This document shows positions 1 through 15,920 of a stretch of 64,000 nucleotides of DNA, one piece after another. Under the pieces are notes generated by a model that worked only from the letters and a program-made list of their open reading frames with translations, made no database searches and had not been told where the DNA came from. The position numbers were made by a program, and so were the translations under genes. Within the stretch, counting starts at the first letter, position 1, and every line of letters begins with the position of its first letter. Source of the DNA: the human T2T-CHM13v2.0 reference genome, Homo sapiens; assembly GCF_009914755.1 (NCBI RefSeq), contig NC_060948.1. One strand, written 5' to 3'.

Positions 1-830
1 CATGATAAAAAAGTTAAAAACCTTGAAAAAGGATTAGACGAATGGCTAACTAGAAAAACCAATGCAGAGAAGTCCCTAAAGGACCTGATGGAGCTGAAAA
101 CCTTGGCACGAGAACTACGTGACAAATGCATAAGCCTCAGTAGCCGATTTGATCAACTGGAAGAAAGGGTATCAGTGATGTAAGATCAAATGAATGAAAT
201 GAAGCAAGAAGAGAAGTTTAGAGAAAAAAATAAAAAGAAATGAACAAAGACTCCAAGAAATATGGGACTATGTGAAAAGACCAAATCTACGTGTGATTGG
301 TGTACCTGAAAGTGACGGGGAGAATATAACCAAGTTGGAAAACACTCTGCAAGATATTATCCCGGAGAACTTCCCCAATCTAGCAAGGCAGGCCAACATT
401 CAAATTCAGGAAATACACAGAATGCCACAAAGATACTCCTCCAGAAGAGCAACTCCAAGACACATAATTGTCAGATTCACCAAAGTTGAAATGAAGGAAA
501 AAATGTTAAGGGCAGCCAGAGAGAAATGTCGGGTTACCCACAAAGGGAAGCCCATCAGATTAACAGCAGATCTCTTGGCAGAAACTCTAGAAGCCAGAAG
601 AGAGTGGGGGCCAATATTCAACATTCTTAAAGAAAAGAATTTTCAACCCAGAATTTCATATCCAGCCAAACTAAGCTTCATAAGTGAAGGGGAAATAAAA
701 TCCTTTACAGACAAGCAAATGCTGAGATTTTGTCACCACCAGGCCTGCCCTAAAAGAGCTCCTGAATGAAGCACTAAACATGGAAAGGAACAACCAGTGC
801 CAGCCACGGCAAAAACATGCCAAATGGTAA
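1..830 (+). pseudogene. L1 ORF1p remnant (stop at 181, frameshifts near 230 and 727)
   Basis: ORF 272-769 gives RRM/CTD motifs (REWGPIFNILKEKNFQPRISYPAKLSF); natural stop at 828-830. Confidence 0.93.
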
Positions 831-893
831 AGAACATCAAGGCTAGGAAGAAACTGTATCAACTAACGAGCAAAATAGCCAGCTAACATCATA

Positions 894-4707
<3,814 letters not shown>

Positions 4708-6234
4708 ACAATGAGAACACATAGACATGGGAAGGGGAACATCACACACTGGGGACTGTTGTGGGGTTGGGGGAGGAGGGAGGGATAACATTAGAATATA
4801 TACCTAATGCTAAATGAGGAGTTAATGGGTGCAGCACACCAACATGGCACATGTATACATATGTAACAAACCTGCACGTTGTGCACATGTACCCTAAAAC
4901 TTAAAGTATAATAAAAAAAATGCCCAAAAGTCAGGGAGCACCAGGTGATAAGTGTCAGAAAGAGAAAATTGGGTGAAACAAAATTGTGTACAGTTCCCTT
5001 TTTCTCCTTTAGCATTGATACCTTCATGCTTTTTAAAGTATACTTTATATTTTGCTCTTATTTGGTGGTATGAAACATTCATCTCTGGAATAAAAGTAAT
5101 AGAAACCAATGCAACTTTCACATTTTTCTGACACTATTCTTCCATTTATCAATAGCATATGAGCTAATTCATGATAAAGAAATGTGTATTTATCAGTAGA
5201 AAGACTGATGTTAAATGTGCAGGAGACAGAAGGTAGGTGGGGTGAGGTCTCAAATAATTTAGGATGAGATAGTGTCTGTACTTTGGATGTGAGTAATGCC
5301 TTAACCATGAAGTCTCAGCATCTAAGTCAATGCCCCCATCTTATAAGCAGACCATATCGAACAACTCATAGATTGTCAACTTTGCCTCCCAAGTGTAACT
5401 GGAAACATTTCTCAATTGTTAAAATCATTATCTACCATTTTTCTAAGTGTTTAGTGCACATCTCATAAAGCCACATGATGGGTACATTTTGGATAAATTG
5501 CAAGGTGAAGAGTTATGAAAGCTATCAGTAGATTATTTCATTTTTATCTCTCTCAGTTTTATATTCATTCTATTGTGTGTCACATACCTTGTTCCAGTAT
5601 GAACTTATACACCTCCAGCTTGTCAGGCAGAACCAGCTTGTTCAAAGATCAAAATAGCAATTTTAAAATGGCCATGCCATATTGCAGTGGCTACAGAATT
5701 TGAGGGGGCATGTCCATGGTTCAGGCCTATCCTAGATGAAGTGGTAAAATATTGGTTTCAGTCTGTGCTAACCATAATCTAACTAGCAATTCTAATTCCT
5801 ACCTTTTCAATGCTCCTATAATTTCCCTGTTCAGGATTCAGTGATATATCTAGGAAGTTGTTTCATAATTATCTGTGCATGTATTGATATCCCCAATTAA
5901 ACTTGAACTTTAAGAGAGAAAGGTTTATATCCCTTCATCTCTGAATTCAAGCTCCTAGTCTCCTGTGTAGGAGCCAGAATGTGTTGCAATCAGGGATGGA
6001 TGCATGAAAAGTAAAAGAAAAGGTCAGTTAATATTCCAACTACTGTCCATTAACCTAAACTGACTACACACATTCTATCTTTTACTACCAGACCTGAAGC
6101 ACTTTAGGTAAGCATAAAGGTGGAGGTAAAATACCAGAACCTGAGACAGTCGTAGAAAGAGTAAAGCTAACTCCCTGTCACAGAATTGCTCATAGACAGG
6201 CAGCATGAAGGAAGAGAAAGGGTATCTTGTGTGA

Positions 6235-6530
6235 GAAGCAGACCTGGGTTCAAATTCTGACTGGAGCATTTTCTAGCTGTAGGAGTCTGGGTAAGTTATC
6301 TAGTCCATTGCTTCTCAAAGTATGGTTTCATGAGCTGCAGAATCAGCATCAGAATCACTTGCAAGCTCACTGGAAATGCATATTCCCAGGCTCCATTCCA
6401 GACATACCAAACTAGAACCAGAGTTTGAATTTTAACTAGGTCACCAGGTTATGTTTGTGCATGTTAAATTTTGAGAAGCACTGGACTAGACAGTCTGAAT
6501 TTTCCTTTCCTCTACTGTAAAATAAGGAAA
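6235..6530 (+). mobile_element. MIR SINE fragment interrupted by a MER5 element
   Basis: AGACCTGGGTTCAAATTCTG...GGTAAGTTA, resuming as TTCCTCTACTGTAAAATAAGG. Confidence 0.7.
6306..6483. mobile_element. MER5B-like hAT-Charlie MITE
   Basis: TIRs CATTGCTTCTCAAA / TTTGAGAAGCACTG, 178 bp, degenerate 8-bp TSD ATCTAGTC/GACTAGAC. Confidence 0.8.
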
Positions 6531-6714
6531 AAAATTATCAACCATCAGAAACATGAAGAATACAAAAATAGATGTCAAACACCTAGCATATAGTGACTAT
6601 GGAAAAATGAAATCTATTAACAACAGTGATAATAATAAAAAACAGTAAAAACTTTAGATATTGAAGGTAAACAAAATTGGAAAAACAAACTATATGTAAG
6701 TTTGTATGCAGGTG

Positions 6715-6746
<32 letters not shown>

Positions 6747-6747
6747 T
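6715..6747. repeat. (TA)n microsatellite
   Basis: Direct reading. Confidence 0.9.
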
Positions 6748-6800
6748 TTTCCAATCTATGGCAATAAAGTTTCTAGAATTGTATTTAACTTAGATCATGG

Positions 6801-7017
6801 CAGTGGCTCTCAAACGGGGGCTCTCTTGTCCCAGGAAATATCTGGCATTGTCTGGGGACATTTTTGGATGCTATGGCTTGGTGGTAATAATATGAATGGC
6901 ATCTAGTGGGCAAAGGCCTGGGGTGGCACTAAACTTCCTGCAATGCACAGAACAGCCTCCTAAAACAAGGAATTTTCCAGCCTCAAATGTTCATAGTGCT
7001 AAGAGTGAAAAACTGTG
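6801..7017 (+). mobile_element. MER20 hAT-Charlie DNA transposon
   Basis: CAGTGGCTCTCAAACGGGGG...GGCATCTAGTGGG...CTGCAATGCACAGAACAGCC matches recalled MER20. Confidence 0.82.
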
Positions 7018-9989
7018 AAACTGATGCTTCTAGAAATGGCACATGTTGCAAGTGAAGGTTTTCCAAAAGGGACACAAGTGAAAACTATACCGATGTACCC
7101 AAAATATCAATTATGAGTAGAATTATGCAAATAGCTCAAGAAAGGAAATTGATGAATGAATAAGAGACTTTACCAAAAGAAAAATTTTCCCCATCTCCAA
7201 GTTCAAGCTATTCTATTAGTTTGGTCTCCAAGAAAGTTAAATTGATATAGTTCTTGTCCTCTAGGAGATTATAGTGAAAGCTGGGGATTAAGTATTAAGG
7301 CATTTGATGATAGAGATGTGACACATTATGATGTAAAATATGAGAGATTTTAAAAATCAAATGTTGAACAAACATTTATAACAAGGCCTTATCTCTTTCA
7401 CTTACAAAATACTGTTAATCATTTTAATGCTCAACTTTATCTTGCCTGAGTACTTGGTGGGTGAGTAATACTTGGAGAATTCTTTCATTTACAACACATG
7501 GTCACATTAGTTCTCTGCAATGAAACACACACTGGGTCATGAAAACCACACGTCAAAAGAAAATTTTACTTTATTTATACCTCAATTTCATGCATAAGTT
7601 TCTCTTGCCATTCCTCTTTTTATTAAGTTTATGATTTTGTGGTTTATTTATAAGCAGAATGCTGTCCCAAAATGGATGAACCTGTTTACCAGTAAATCAG
7701 TAAACTGTAAACATTGCTATAAAATAAAAATGTTATAATAAATCAAAAATGAAGAATTTTAGTTATCTGAAGAGAACATTTTTGGTAGGTTACATCAACT
7801 AACTCAACTCCTGCACCCATAAATCAGTAATGTTTGCTGGTTTAGGAGCCTTGTAGAGCATAAATATTCTCCTTTCTCCTGCTCAGGACATCTCTGTAGT
7901 AATAAATAGGCCATTGGTTTTGCCCTATTACTCTCTTTCTATATTACCCTTTGCAACAATCACACATAAATCCATAGGCTTATGGTTTCCTTTATCATAA
8001 ATTTTACATACTTTAATTCATCATTCTTCCTTTCTTAGTTGTAGCATATATTCCAGAAAAATATCACAACAGTCAAACTACACAGATGCTTTTGCTTTTT
8101 ATATTCAAATTATAGTTCTCACCATTAATTATTTCATTAATGCTGTAAATGTACTTACCATCTAAAAATAAATTATTGTTTCTCCCATTGATAGACCTCT
8201 ATTCCATTGATAGACCTCTGTAGATATGAAGAGGAGTGTATTTTTGAGTAGTGGAGAGGAAAGGAATTTCATGGGAATTTTTGTTTTTGAACACATATCA
8301 TTCATTAATCACCCCCAAAATAGAATCTTCATATCTTTGGGAGGGGGGCCTTACCATGTCCTCATTCAATGCCATCTTGTAACAGACTTAATGATAAAAA
8401 TGGCCTCCAAGAACATTGTGAAAGGGTGAGCATGTAATCCATGTCAGAGCATTTGGATTCTCTTGTCAGGGCCCTTGAATATTATACGAGACAGAAAAAT
8501 AATTGGAGCTCATTCATCCCAGAAGCTGCACACAAATGAGGCAATCAAGGAATCACTGCTACCTGGACTTTGGAGAAGGCTTTGTCCTTGTTAGCTTCTG
8601 GCATTAATTTTTTCTGAGCTATGAATGGTCTTATTGTTTAAATTCTTTTTGTTTCTTTCCTTAACTAGCAATGGTTTCTATCACTGGGACTAATAAATAA
8701 GTCCAAATTGGTATTCCTTATGACTAATTTCAACATATGACAGTTTGTTAGGTGAATATGATTTACTTCATATCAATCATCCATCAATTACTTCAAACCA
8801 ATTATCCACAAGAGCCATACTTGTTAAATGTTAATGTTTATGTAAATATAATTTACTTCAAATCAATTATCCATCTGAGGAGTTCCAACTCAGAATATTG
8901 ATATTATTATAGAACATATTTGTTATAGGAATTGCAGTAATAACTGTAGCAGTTTAAAATAAAAATCAGAATGCCTTTAGAATAAATATTCTTCCACAGA
9001 AGGACTCAAGACTATGAAAGTCACAATAATTAAATTAACACAGTAGAGTTCCACTCCTTATGGGGAAATAGCTGCAGTTATAAACAACCGTTAGTATTCC
9101 CCATCTCCAAATCTCCCCCAGTAGAATGGGGCCAGGCTGGGTACTAAGTCAGAGGCAGATCAATTGACATTGTGGTAACATGAAGGGTAGGAATGATTAA
9201 AGGGCAAACTCATTGTAACATGTTGTAAATGAGGCTATAGTGATATGGAGCAAAACTGATGGGACCATAACTACTGGTTGAAATTTAATCAGAAAATCCC
9301 TGTGTGAGCATAGATCACCACAATGTCAAGAACTAAGAAAACATAAAGATGATCGATTAAGTTTATAAATAGCATGTGACAACTGATTTCTATGTAAGTC
9401 CATTAAATGACAGCTAAGTAAATGAAACTGATTGATAAGTATGACTGTTTTAACTTGACAGATTTCACTAGATGTCATAGTCTTTTACAAACACTTACCC
9501 CTGTCACCACCAATATTTTCAAAGTTAAGCCTTTTGAAGTATCTCTCCCTAATTTAAAATTAGACCAACAGAAAATATATGTATTGATGATAAATGAACA
9601 TAGAAAATGATAATTCCTTGAGGTAGTCCCTTATAGCCTGTACTAAATACCTTCTTTTGGGAATTAATTAACAGTTGCCCAATGAAAAACCACTACAGTC
9701 CTCATCTTCTCAGCTCTTCCTCTCTGATTAGTAACCAGAGAAGACATCCCTAAGAATTTTCTGGGATACCATCAGAAAAATCATGGGCTTAAATTTGAGA
9801 CATACAGAATGTTAAAAGTTTACACAGCTCTCCTTGAGTATGTAGAATACTTGAGTCATCTTTAAGAAATCATTGTCCAAGGAAGATAAAATTGCTGGCT
9901 GAAAATGTCAAAGTGAAAAGCACAATATGCTTATTCTGATAACTGGATATTGACTAATCGGTTGTAGTACCTGTCCCACAGAAGTGATC

Positions 9990-10365
9990 TGCATTAGCCC
10001 ATTTTCATGCTGCTGATAAATACATACCCTAGATTGGGCAATTTGCAAAAGAAAGAGGTTTAACTGGACTCACAGTTCCATGTGATTAGTGAGGCCTCAC
10101 AATCATGGTGGAAGGCAAGGAGGAACAAGTCACATCTTATGTGGATGGCAGAAGGCAAAAAGAGAGCTTGTGTAGGAAAACTCCCGTTTTTAGAACTATT
10201 ACATTTTGTGAGATCCATTCACTATCATGAGAACAGCATGGGAAAGTGCTGTTTCAATCATCTCCATAATTCAATCATCTCCATCCTAGTCCCTCCCACA
10301 ACATGTGGGAATTATAGGAGCTACAAGATGGGATTTGGGTGGGGTCACAAAGCCAAACCATATCA
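9990..10365 (-). mobile_element. THE1B-like MaLR solo LTR
   Basis: TGCATTAG...CCAAACCATATCA termini; perfect 5-bp TSD TGATC (9985-9989, 10366-10370). Confidence 0.9.
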
Positions 10366-10711
10366 TGATCTATCTTTTTTTATTATTATTTTTATTATAG
10401 TAGTATGCAACCTTAGAACATATATTCCTCTGTAATCTTCAGTCATCTCTTGCACAGATGAATGAGTTTATATGGTGCTGCTGTTTAATTATTCAGATCC
10501 ATACAATAATGAATAGTTAAGATTGATTATGAAAGAAAGAGTAACAGCAAAATACTCCAATTAAGCAAGCATTTGGTTTAGAAAACTAATCTAGGCTTAT
10601 ATTTGTTATTTTCTCACATTTTACAGTTGTTTAGGGTTAAATCCAAAATTTCCTGAGTTTTGTCCCATGAAAGCTAACATCTTATCATCTAATATTTACT
10701 TCTCAACTACG

Positions 10712-11146
10712 AGCTATGGTTTGAGTATTTGTCACCTTCAAAACTCATGTTGAAACTTGGTTCCTAATGTAGAAGTGTTGAGAGACGGTACTTTTAAAAG
10801 GTAACTAAATCATAATGAGAGAGCCCTCATGGATTAATTTATTCCATGGATTAATGGGTTAATGTACTAATGGCTTAATAGGTATTATGGGAGAGAAACT
10901 GGTGGCTTTATAAAAAGAGGAAGAGAGATCTGAAGTAGTGTGTTGGCACATTCAGCCCCCTCACCACATAATGCCCTGCATTGCCCTAGGATTCTGCAGT
11001 CTCCACCAGCAAGAGGGCTCTCACCAGATGCTGACCCTCAACCTTAGACATCTCAGCCTTTATGATTGCTAAAATTACATACCTGTCTTTATAAATTACT
11101 GAATTTTAGCAATTCTGTTATAGGCAACAGAAAATGGACTGGGACA
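10712..11146 (+). mobile_element. MST (MSTC/MSTD-like) MaLR solo LTR
   Basis: GCTATGGTTTGAG...AAACTCATGTTGAAA...GCAACAGAAAATGGACTGGGACA. Confidence 0.82.
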
Positions 11147-11249
11147 CTATCATAGCAATGACTTATAGAAGTTATGAAGCTATTTGCTTGCATTTTCTCA
11201 AGTTGATATCCTATTCTTGATTAATGTATAGCATATCCGTTCTTTAAAT

Positions 11250-11410
11250 CAGTACTTGTCAAATTTTAACGTTTATATAAATCACCTGGGGATCGTTTTA
11301 AAATGCAGTTTATAATTTAGCAGCTCTGGGGCAGGATCTGAGATTTTGCATTCTACCACCCAGCTGCTAGGTAATGTTGATGCTGTTTGAGGTCCTTGGG
11401 GTAGTCAGGC
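11250..11410. mobile_element. MER5-family DNA transposon fragment
   Basis: AAATCACCTGGGGAT...AAAATGCAG...GAGATTTTGCATTCTA. Confidence 0.65.
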
Positions 11411-11416
11411 TTAAGT

Positions 11417-12012
11417 CAGGGATCAGCCAGTGTGTTCTGTAAAGCACCAGATAGGAAACATTTCTGGTCTAGGTGATCTCTGTGCCATCTACTCAATGCT
11501 CCCAGTTTAGTCAAAAGCAGCCAGGGACAATGAAAAAATGAAACCATGTAGTTGTGTTTCAGTTAATTTTGTTTACAAACACTAAGTTTTAAATTTTCTA
11601 TTTTTTTTTTTTTTTTTTTTGGACCAGGTCTCACTCTGTTGCTCAGTCTGGAGGGCAGCAGCATGATCATAGCTCACTGCAGCATCAACATTTTGGGCTT
11701 AAATGATCATCCTGCTTCAGTCTCCCAAATAGCTGGGATTAAAGGCATGTGCCACCACGCCTAGCTAAATTGTATAAAAAATTCTGTAGAGACAGGGTTT
11801 TACTATGTTGCCCAGGCTGGTCTTGACCTTGACCTCTTGCCTTGGCCTCCCAAAATATTGGGATTGCATGCATGAACCACCAGGACAGACCAAAAATATT
11901 ATAAACTTTTTTCAAACTTTTAAAAATGCAAAAAAACTTCCTTAGCTCATGAACTGTGTGAAAACAAGTGGCAGGCAAGATTTGGCCTGGGACCACAGTA
12001 CACTGACCTCTG
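11417..12012. mobile_element. MER58B-like DNA transposon interrupted by AluJ
   Basis: CAGGGATCAGC...TCTGTAAAG start and GATTTGGCC...TGACCTCTG end. Confidence 0.7.
11601..11891 (-). mobile_element. AluJ
   Basis: Poly(T) followed by antisense Alu with J-type features (ATAGCTCACTGCAGC, GTAGAGACAGGG). Confidence 0.9.
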
Positions 12013-12860
12013 CTTTAATTTGTCATTCTATAGTAGATTGAACTGTTTGCAAGAAGTGGACTGTGTTGATTAAAGAACATGACATTCTCCTCCATCTCTA
12101 CATGCTCCAAGTTGTTTACAGGAGTTCTCTGAAAAAGCAAAAGAAGTAGAGTTTCATGTGCATGTAAGAAAATATCCTGATTATTTGTCCTGACAGATTA
12201 GATACTAAGACCACATTTTTAATGTTTATTTTAATTTCTTGAATTTATATTTAGAGAAGATATCAGGCATCTGTTGAATTGTTCTGTATTTAATATTACA
12301 GTATGGATCAATGGGACATATAAAATACATTTAGTATGATTTATAGAGATAATTATTTTCCAATTATGTTTTAATTGGAGCTTTAGGAGACGATTGCAAT
12401 TTCTTTTTATTTAATATTTCCACATGTCCATACCACTAGGACAAAATTTAAATATCTACATAAATCATTACATTTAAGTTTAAACCTCAGATTTAAACTT
12501 AGCTTAGGGAAAAACTTAGCTTGGGAAAAACTGTGCTTAGCTTAGGATAAACTTATTAATATCCAGGTAAAGTCTTTGACCCTGTTCTTACAGAAATCTG
12601 ACAGGATGTGTTAATGTTAATGTTTGAGTTTTACTTCGATTGCCTTTGGCCTTGACTATGTAACATGCTTGCTTTCTGTGATGGCGTAGCTTTGGACAAC
12701 TTAGAATAAGGGTAGCCTAATCCTGGAACAACAGAAACTTTATGGCAATTATAACTCTAAAATCCAGAACATAGCATATCACTTCATCAGTTCTAAGATA
12801 CCATAGACTGAAAGTTGTATCTTTATTTTACATGCCACTAAGGAATGAGGAGTAAAAACA

Positions 12861-12862
<2 letters not shown>

Positions 12863-12899
<37 letters not shown>
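12863..12899. repeat. (CA)n microsatellite
   Basis: Direct reading. Confidence 0.95.
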
Positions 12900-12900
<1 letters not shown>

Positions 12901-13760
12901 CTAAAATAAGCTAGCCTTTGACAATGCTAGTCCATCAATTTTGAGTCACATGCTAATTTCATATCTGGTTCTTAGAATCAAAGAAATACAGTCTTTAAAC
13001 CTTAAGTGCACATTTAGGCTAAAATTATCTAATTTTGTATTTATGTGAGATGATGATTATGATAACACTGCTTAAAATACTGATTACAGTATCCAAAATG
13101 TATTATTTTCATTGCTTCATTGCCTTCTAGATGGACTAATATGATTATTTTTTATGACAAAATGGAGTCTCAGACATGTGGAATACTTTATTCGATGTTA
13201 CACAGATACTACATTCATCAGGGAATTTTAGCTGCTAAAATAAGTGAATCTGTGCTCAGATTCACTTATTTATCACTCTTGCAAAGACCAACACAGATAT
13301 CATTGATGGAAGGTGGCTGTTCCCCAAGCAGCTATTGGAAATCCTGAACTCTTACATACTATGGGTCTACCATCTTCTAGGAATAGTTTCCAATTTCTCC
13401 ATGCTTGTGCTCTCAAGTCCGTGCAAGTGGAAGTAATACAAGAAAGTGCACGTTGCAGGTTTTTATGGTGTCGCTCAACAGTTCTGCTCACATTCCTTTC
13501 TCCAGAAATCAGTCATGTGAGGTCCAACTGCAAGGAAGTTGGGAAATGCATCAACCCTTGGACCAGGAAGAAGAAATAAATTAGTATTCAAGAGAGAATC
13601 CTCCAGGTTTCTTGTCTTCTCCTTCGAACTGAACCCTTCCTAACCCTTTTAATATTTACATTCCAAATTCTACCCCAAAGATAAAAAGAGGGCCAAGATC
13701 AATGATTTAAGTGATCCTAATTGTTTCCTGACTTTCCAGTTTTGTTTCTACTTTGGTGGC

Positions 13761-13998
13761 TTTTTTTTTTTTTTTTTTCGAGACAAAGTCTCACTCTGTT
13801 GCCAAGGGTGGAGTGCAGTGGCACCATCTCAGCTCACTGCAACCTCCACTCCCAGGTTTCAGCAATTCTCCTGCCTCAGCCTCCCAAGTAGGGATTACAA
13901 GTGTGCATTGCCACACCTGGCCAATTTCTGTATTTTTAGTAGAGGTGGGGTTTCATCACGTTGGCCAGGCTGGTCTCGAACTCCTGACCTCAGGTGAT
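13761..13998 (-). mobile_element. AluS, 5'-truncated
   Basis: Poly(T)+GAGACAAAGTCTCACTCTG...CTCCTGACCTCAGGTGAT. Confidence 0.92.
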
Positions 13999-14762
13999 GG
14001 CATCTTTTTAATTTCAGTGTTCCAAGATGGGCAATTATGGATTTCATTTCCTGAAAGTTTATGATAGCACTTGCTCAATTATGCAGAGCAGTATTTCTTA
14101 CCACACTGGGGGTATTATCTTTGTGTTAGTCCACTAGTCTATGGTATCAGCTAGTGGAACTTGTAATATTTTAGCACCTTGGAATATTAGTGTAATGGTT
14201 CTAATGGCAGCTTACATTTGCATGGGGCCAGGAGATGCTTTCTGAAGATCTGTACACATGTTCTTGCATTTCATCCAAACTACAGGTTTGGATCCAAACT
14301 ACTACAGCCAAGCTATAACTAGCCAGTGCTAGAAGAAAATTGGCTCATTTTAACTATATACTGGTAGAATAGATGAGATTGCCAAAGATGCAAGAGTGTT
14401 TTGTCTTCCCTTTTCTCTGTGGTACTTTTTGATTACACTATGTGTTTCTGACCCTCATTGTGAATAAGAGCCCATCATTGCCACTGGAGAAGAGTCTGCC
14501 AGGCACATGAGCAGAAGCAGTTCTCTTTGCTCTCCTTCCTCATTGAAATATCCAAGTGATAGGCTTGAAGCCTCAGTCATCAAACAGCTTGAACTTGTGG
14601 TATCTCATTTAGCCTGTGGCTATGAAGTTTTTAAAATAATGAATAAGTTATCTGGATGTCTTTGCAGGGCTCAGCAAAGCAGAAATACTGTCACTTATGG
14701 GAACACAGGGACAATTTCAGTAATACAAAGAAGAGATATCAAAAAGGCTAATGCTGATTTTT

Positions 14763-15920
14763 TCTCTTTCTTTCTTTTGCCTTTTATTTATTTTATTTAT
14801 ATTATTTTTTATTATACTTTAAGTTCTGGGGTACATGTGTACAACATCCAGGTTTGTTAGATATGTATACACATTGCCATAGTGGCTTGCTTCACTCATC
14901 AACCCGTAATCTACATTAGGTATTTCTGCTAATGCTATCTCTCCCCTAGCTCCCCATGCCCAAACAGGCCACAGTGTGTGATGTTCCCTTCCCTGTGTCC
15001 AAGTGTTCTCATTGTTCAACTCCCTAGAAGAAAACCCTAGAAGAAAAGCTAGGCAATATCATTCAGGACATATGCATGGCCAAAGATTTCATGACTAAAA
15101 CACCAAAAGCAATGGCAGCAAAAGCCAAAATTGACAAATGGGATCTAGTTTAACTAAAGAGCTCTGCACAGCAAAAGAAACTACCATCAGAGTGAACAGG
15201 CAACCTACAGAATGAGAGAAAATTTTTGCCATCTATCCATCTACAAAGGGCTAATATCCAGAATCTACAAATAACTTACACAAATTTACAAGAAAAAACA
15301 AACAACCCCATCAAAAAGTGGGCAAAGTAGTATATGAACAAACACTTCTCAAAAGAAGACATTTATGCAACCAAAAAACATATGAATAAAAGCTCATCAT
15401 CACTGGTCATTAGAGAAATGCCAATCAAAACCACAATGAGATACCATCTCATGCCAGTTAGAATGGCGATCATTAAAAAGTCAGGAAACAACAGGTGCTG
15501 GAGAGGATGTGGAGAAATAGGAATGCTTTTACACCATTGATGGGAGTGTAAATTAGTTCAACTATTGTGGAATACAGTGTGGTGATTCCTCAGGGATCTA
15601 GAACTAGAAATACCATTTGACCCAGCAATCCCATTACTGGGTATATACCCAAAGGATTTTAAATCATTCTATTATGAAGACACATGCACACATATGTTTA
15701 TTGTGGCACTGTTCACAAAAGCAAAAAATTGGAACCAACCCAGATGCCCATCAATGATAGAATAGATAAAGAAAATATGGCACATATACACCATGGAATA
15801 CTACGCAGCCATAAAAAGGATGAGTTCATGTCTTTGCAGGGACATGGGTGAAGCTGGAAACCATCATTCTCAGCAAACTAACACAAGAACTGAAAACCAA
15901 ACACCACATGTTCTCACTCA
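14763..15920 (-). mobile_element. 5'-truncated, 5'-inverted L1PA (L1PA7/8-like): antisense 3' end about 14780-15023, inverted ORF2 segment about 15024-15920
   Basis: T-rich tail and antisense 3'UTR switch to sense ORF2; TSD ATGCTGATTTTT (14751) / GTGTTGATTTTT (15921). Confidence 0.9.

Noticed and set aside
8185-8219. 19-bp-period tandem duplication of CCATTGATAGACCTCT
   Set aside because: Ordinary slippage duplication with two copies
12495-12555. Short AAACTTAGCTT(A)GGGAA repeats
   Set aside because: Three or four degenerate tandem units with no spacers; not CRISPR-like
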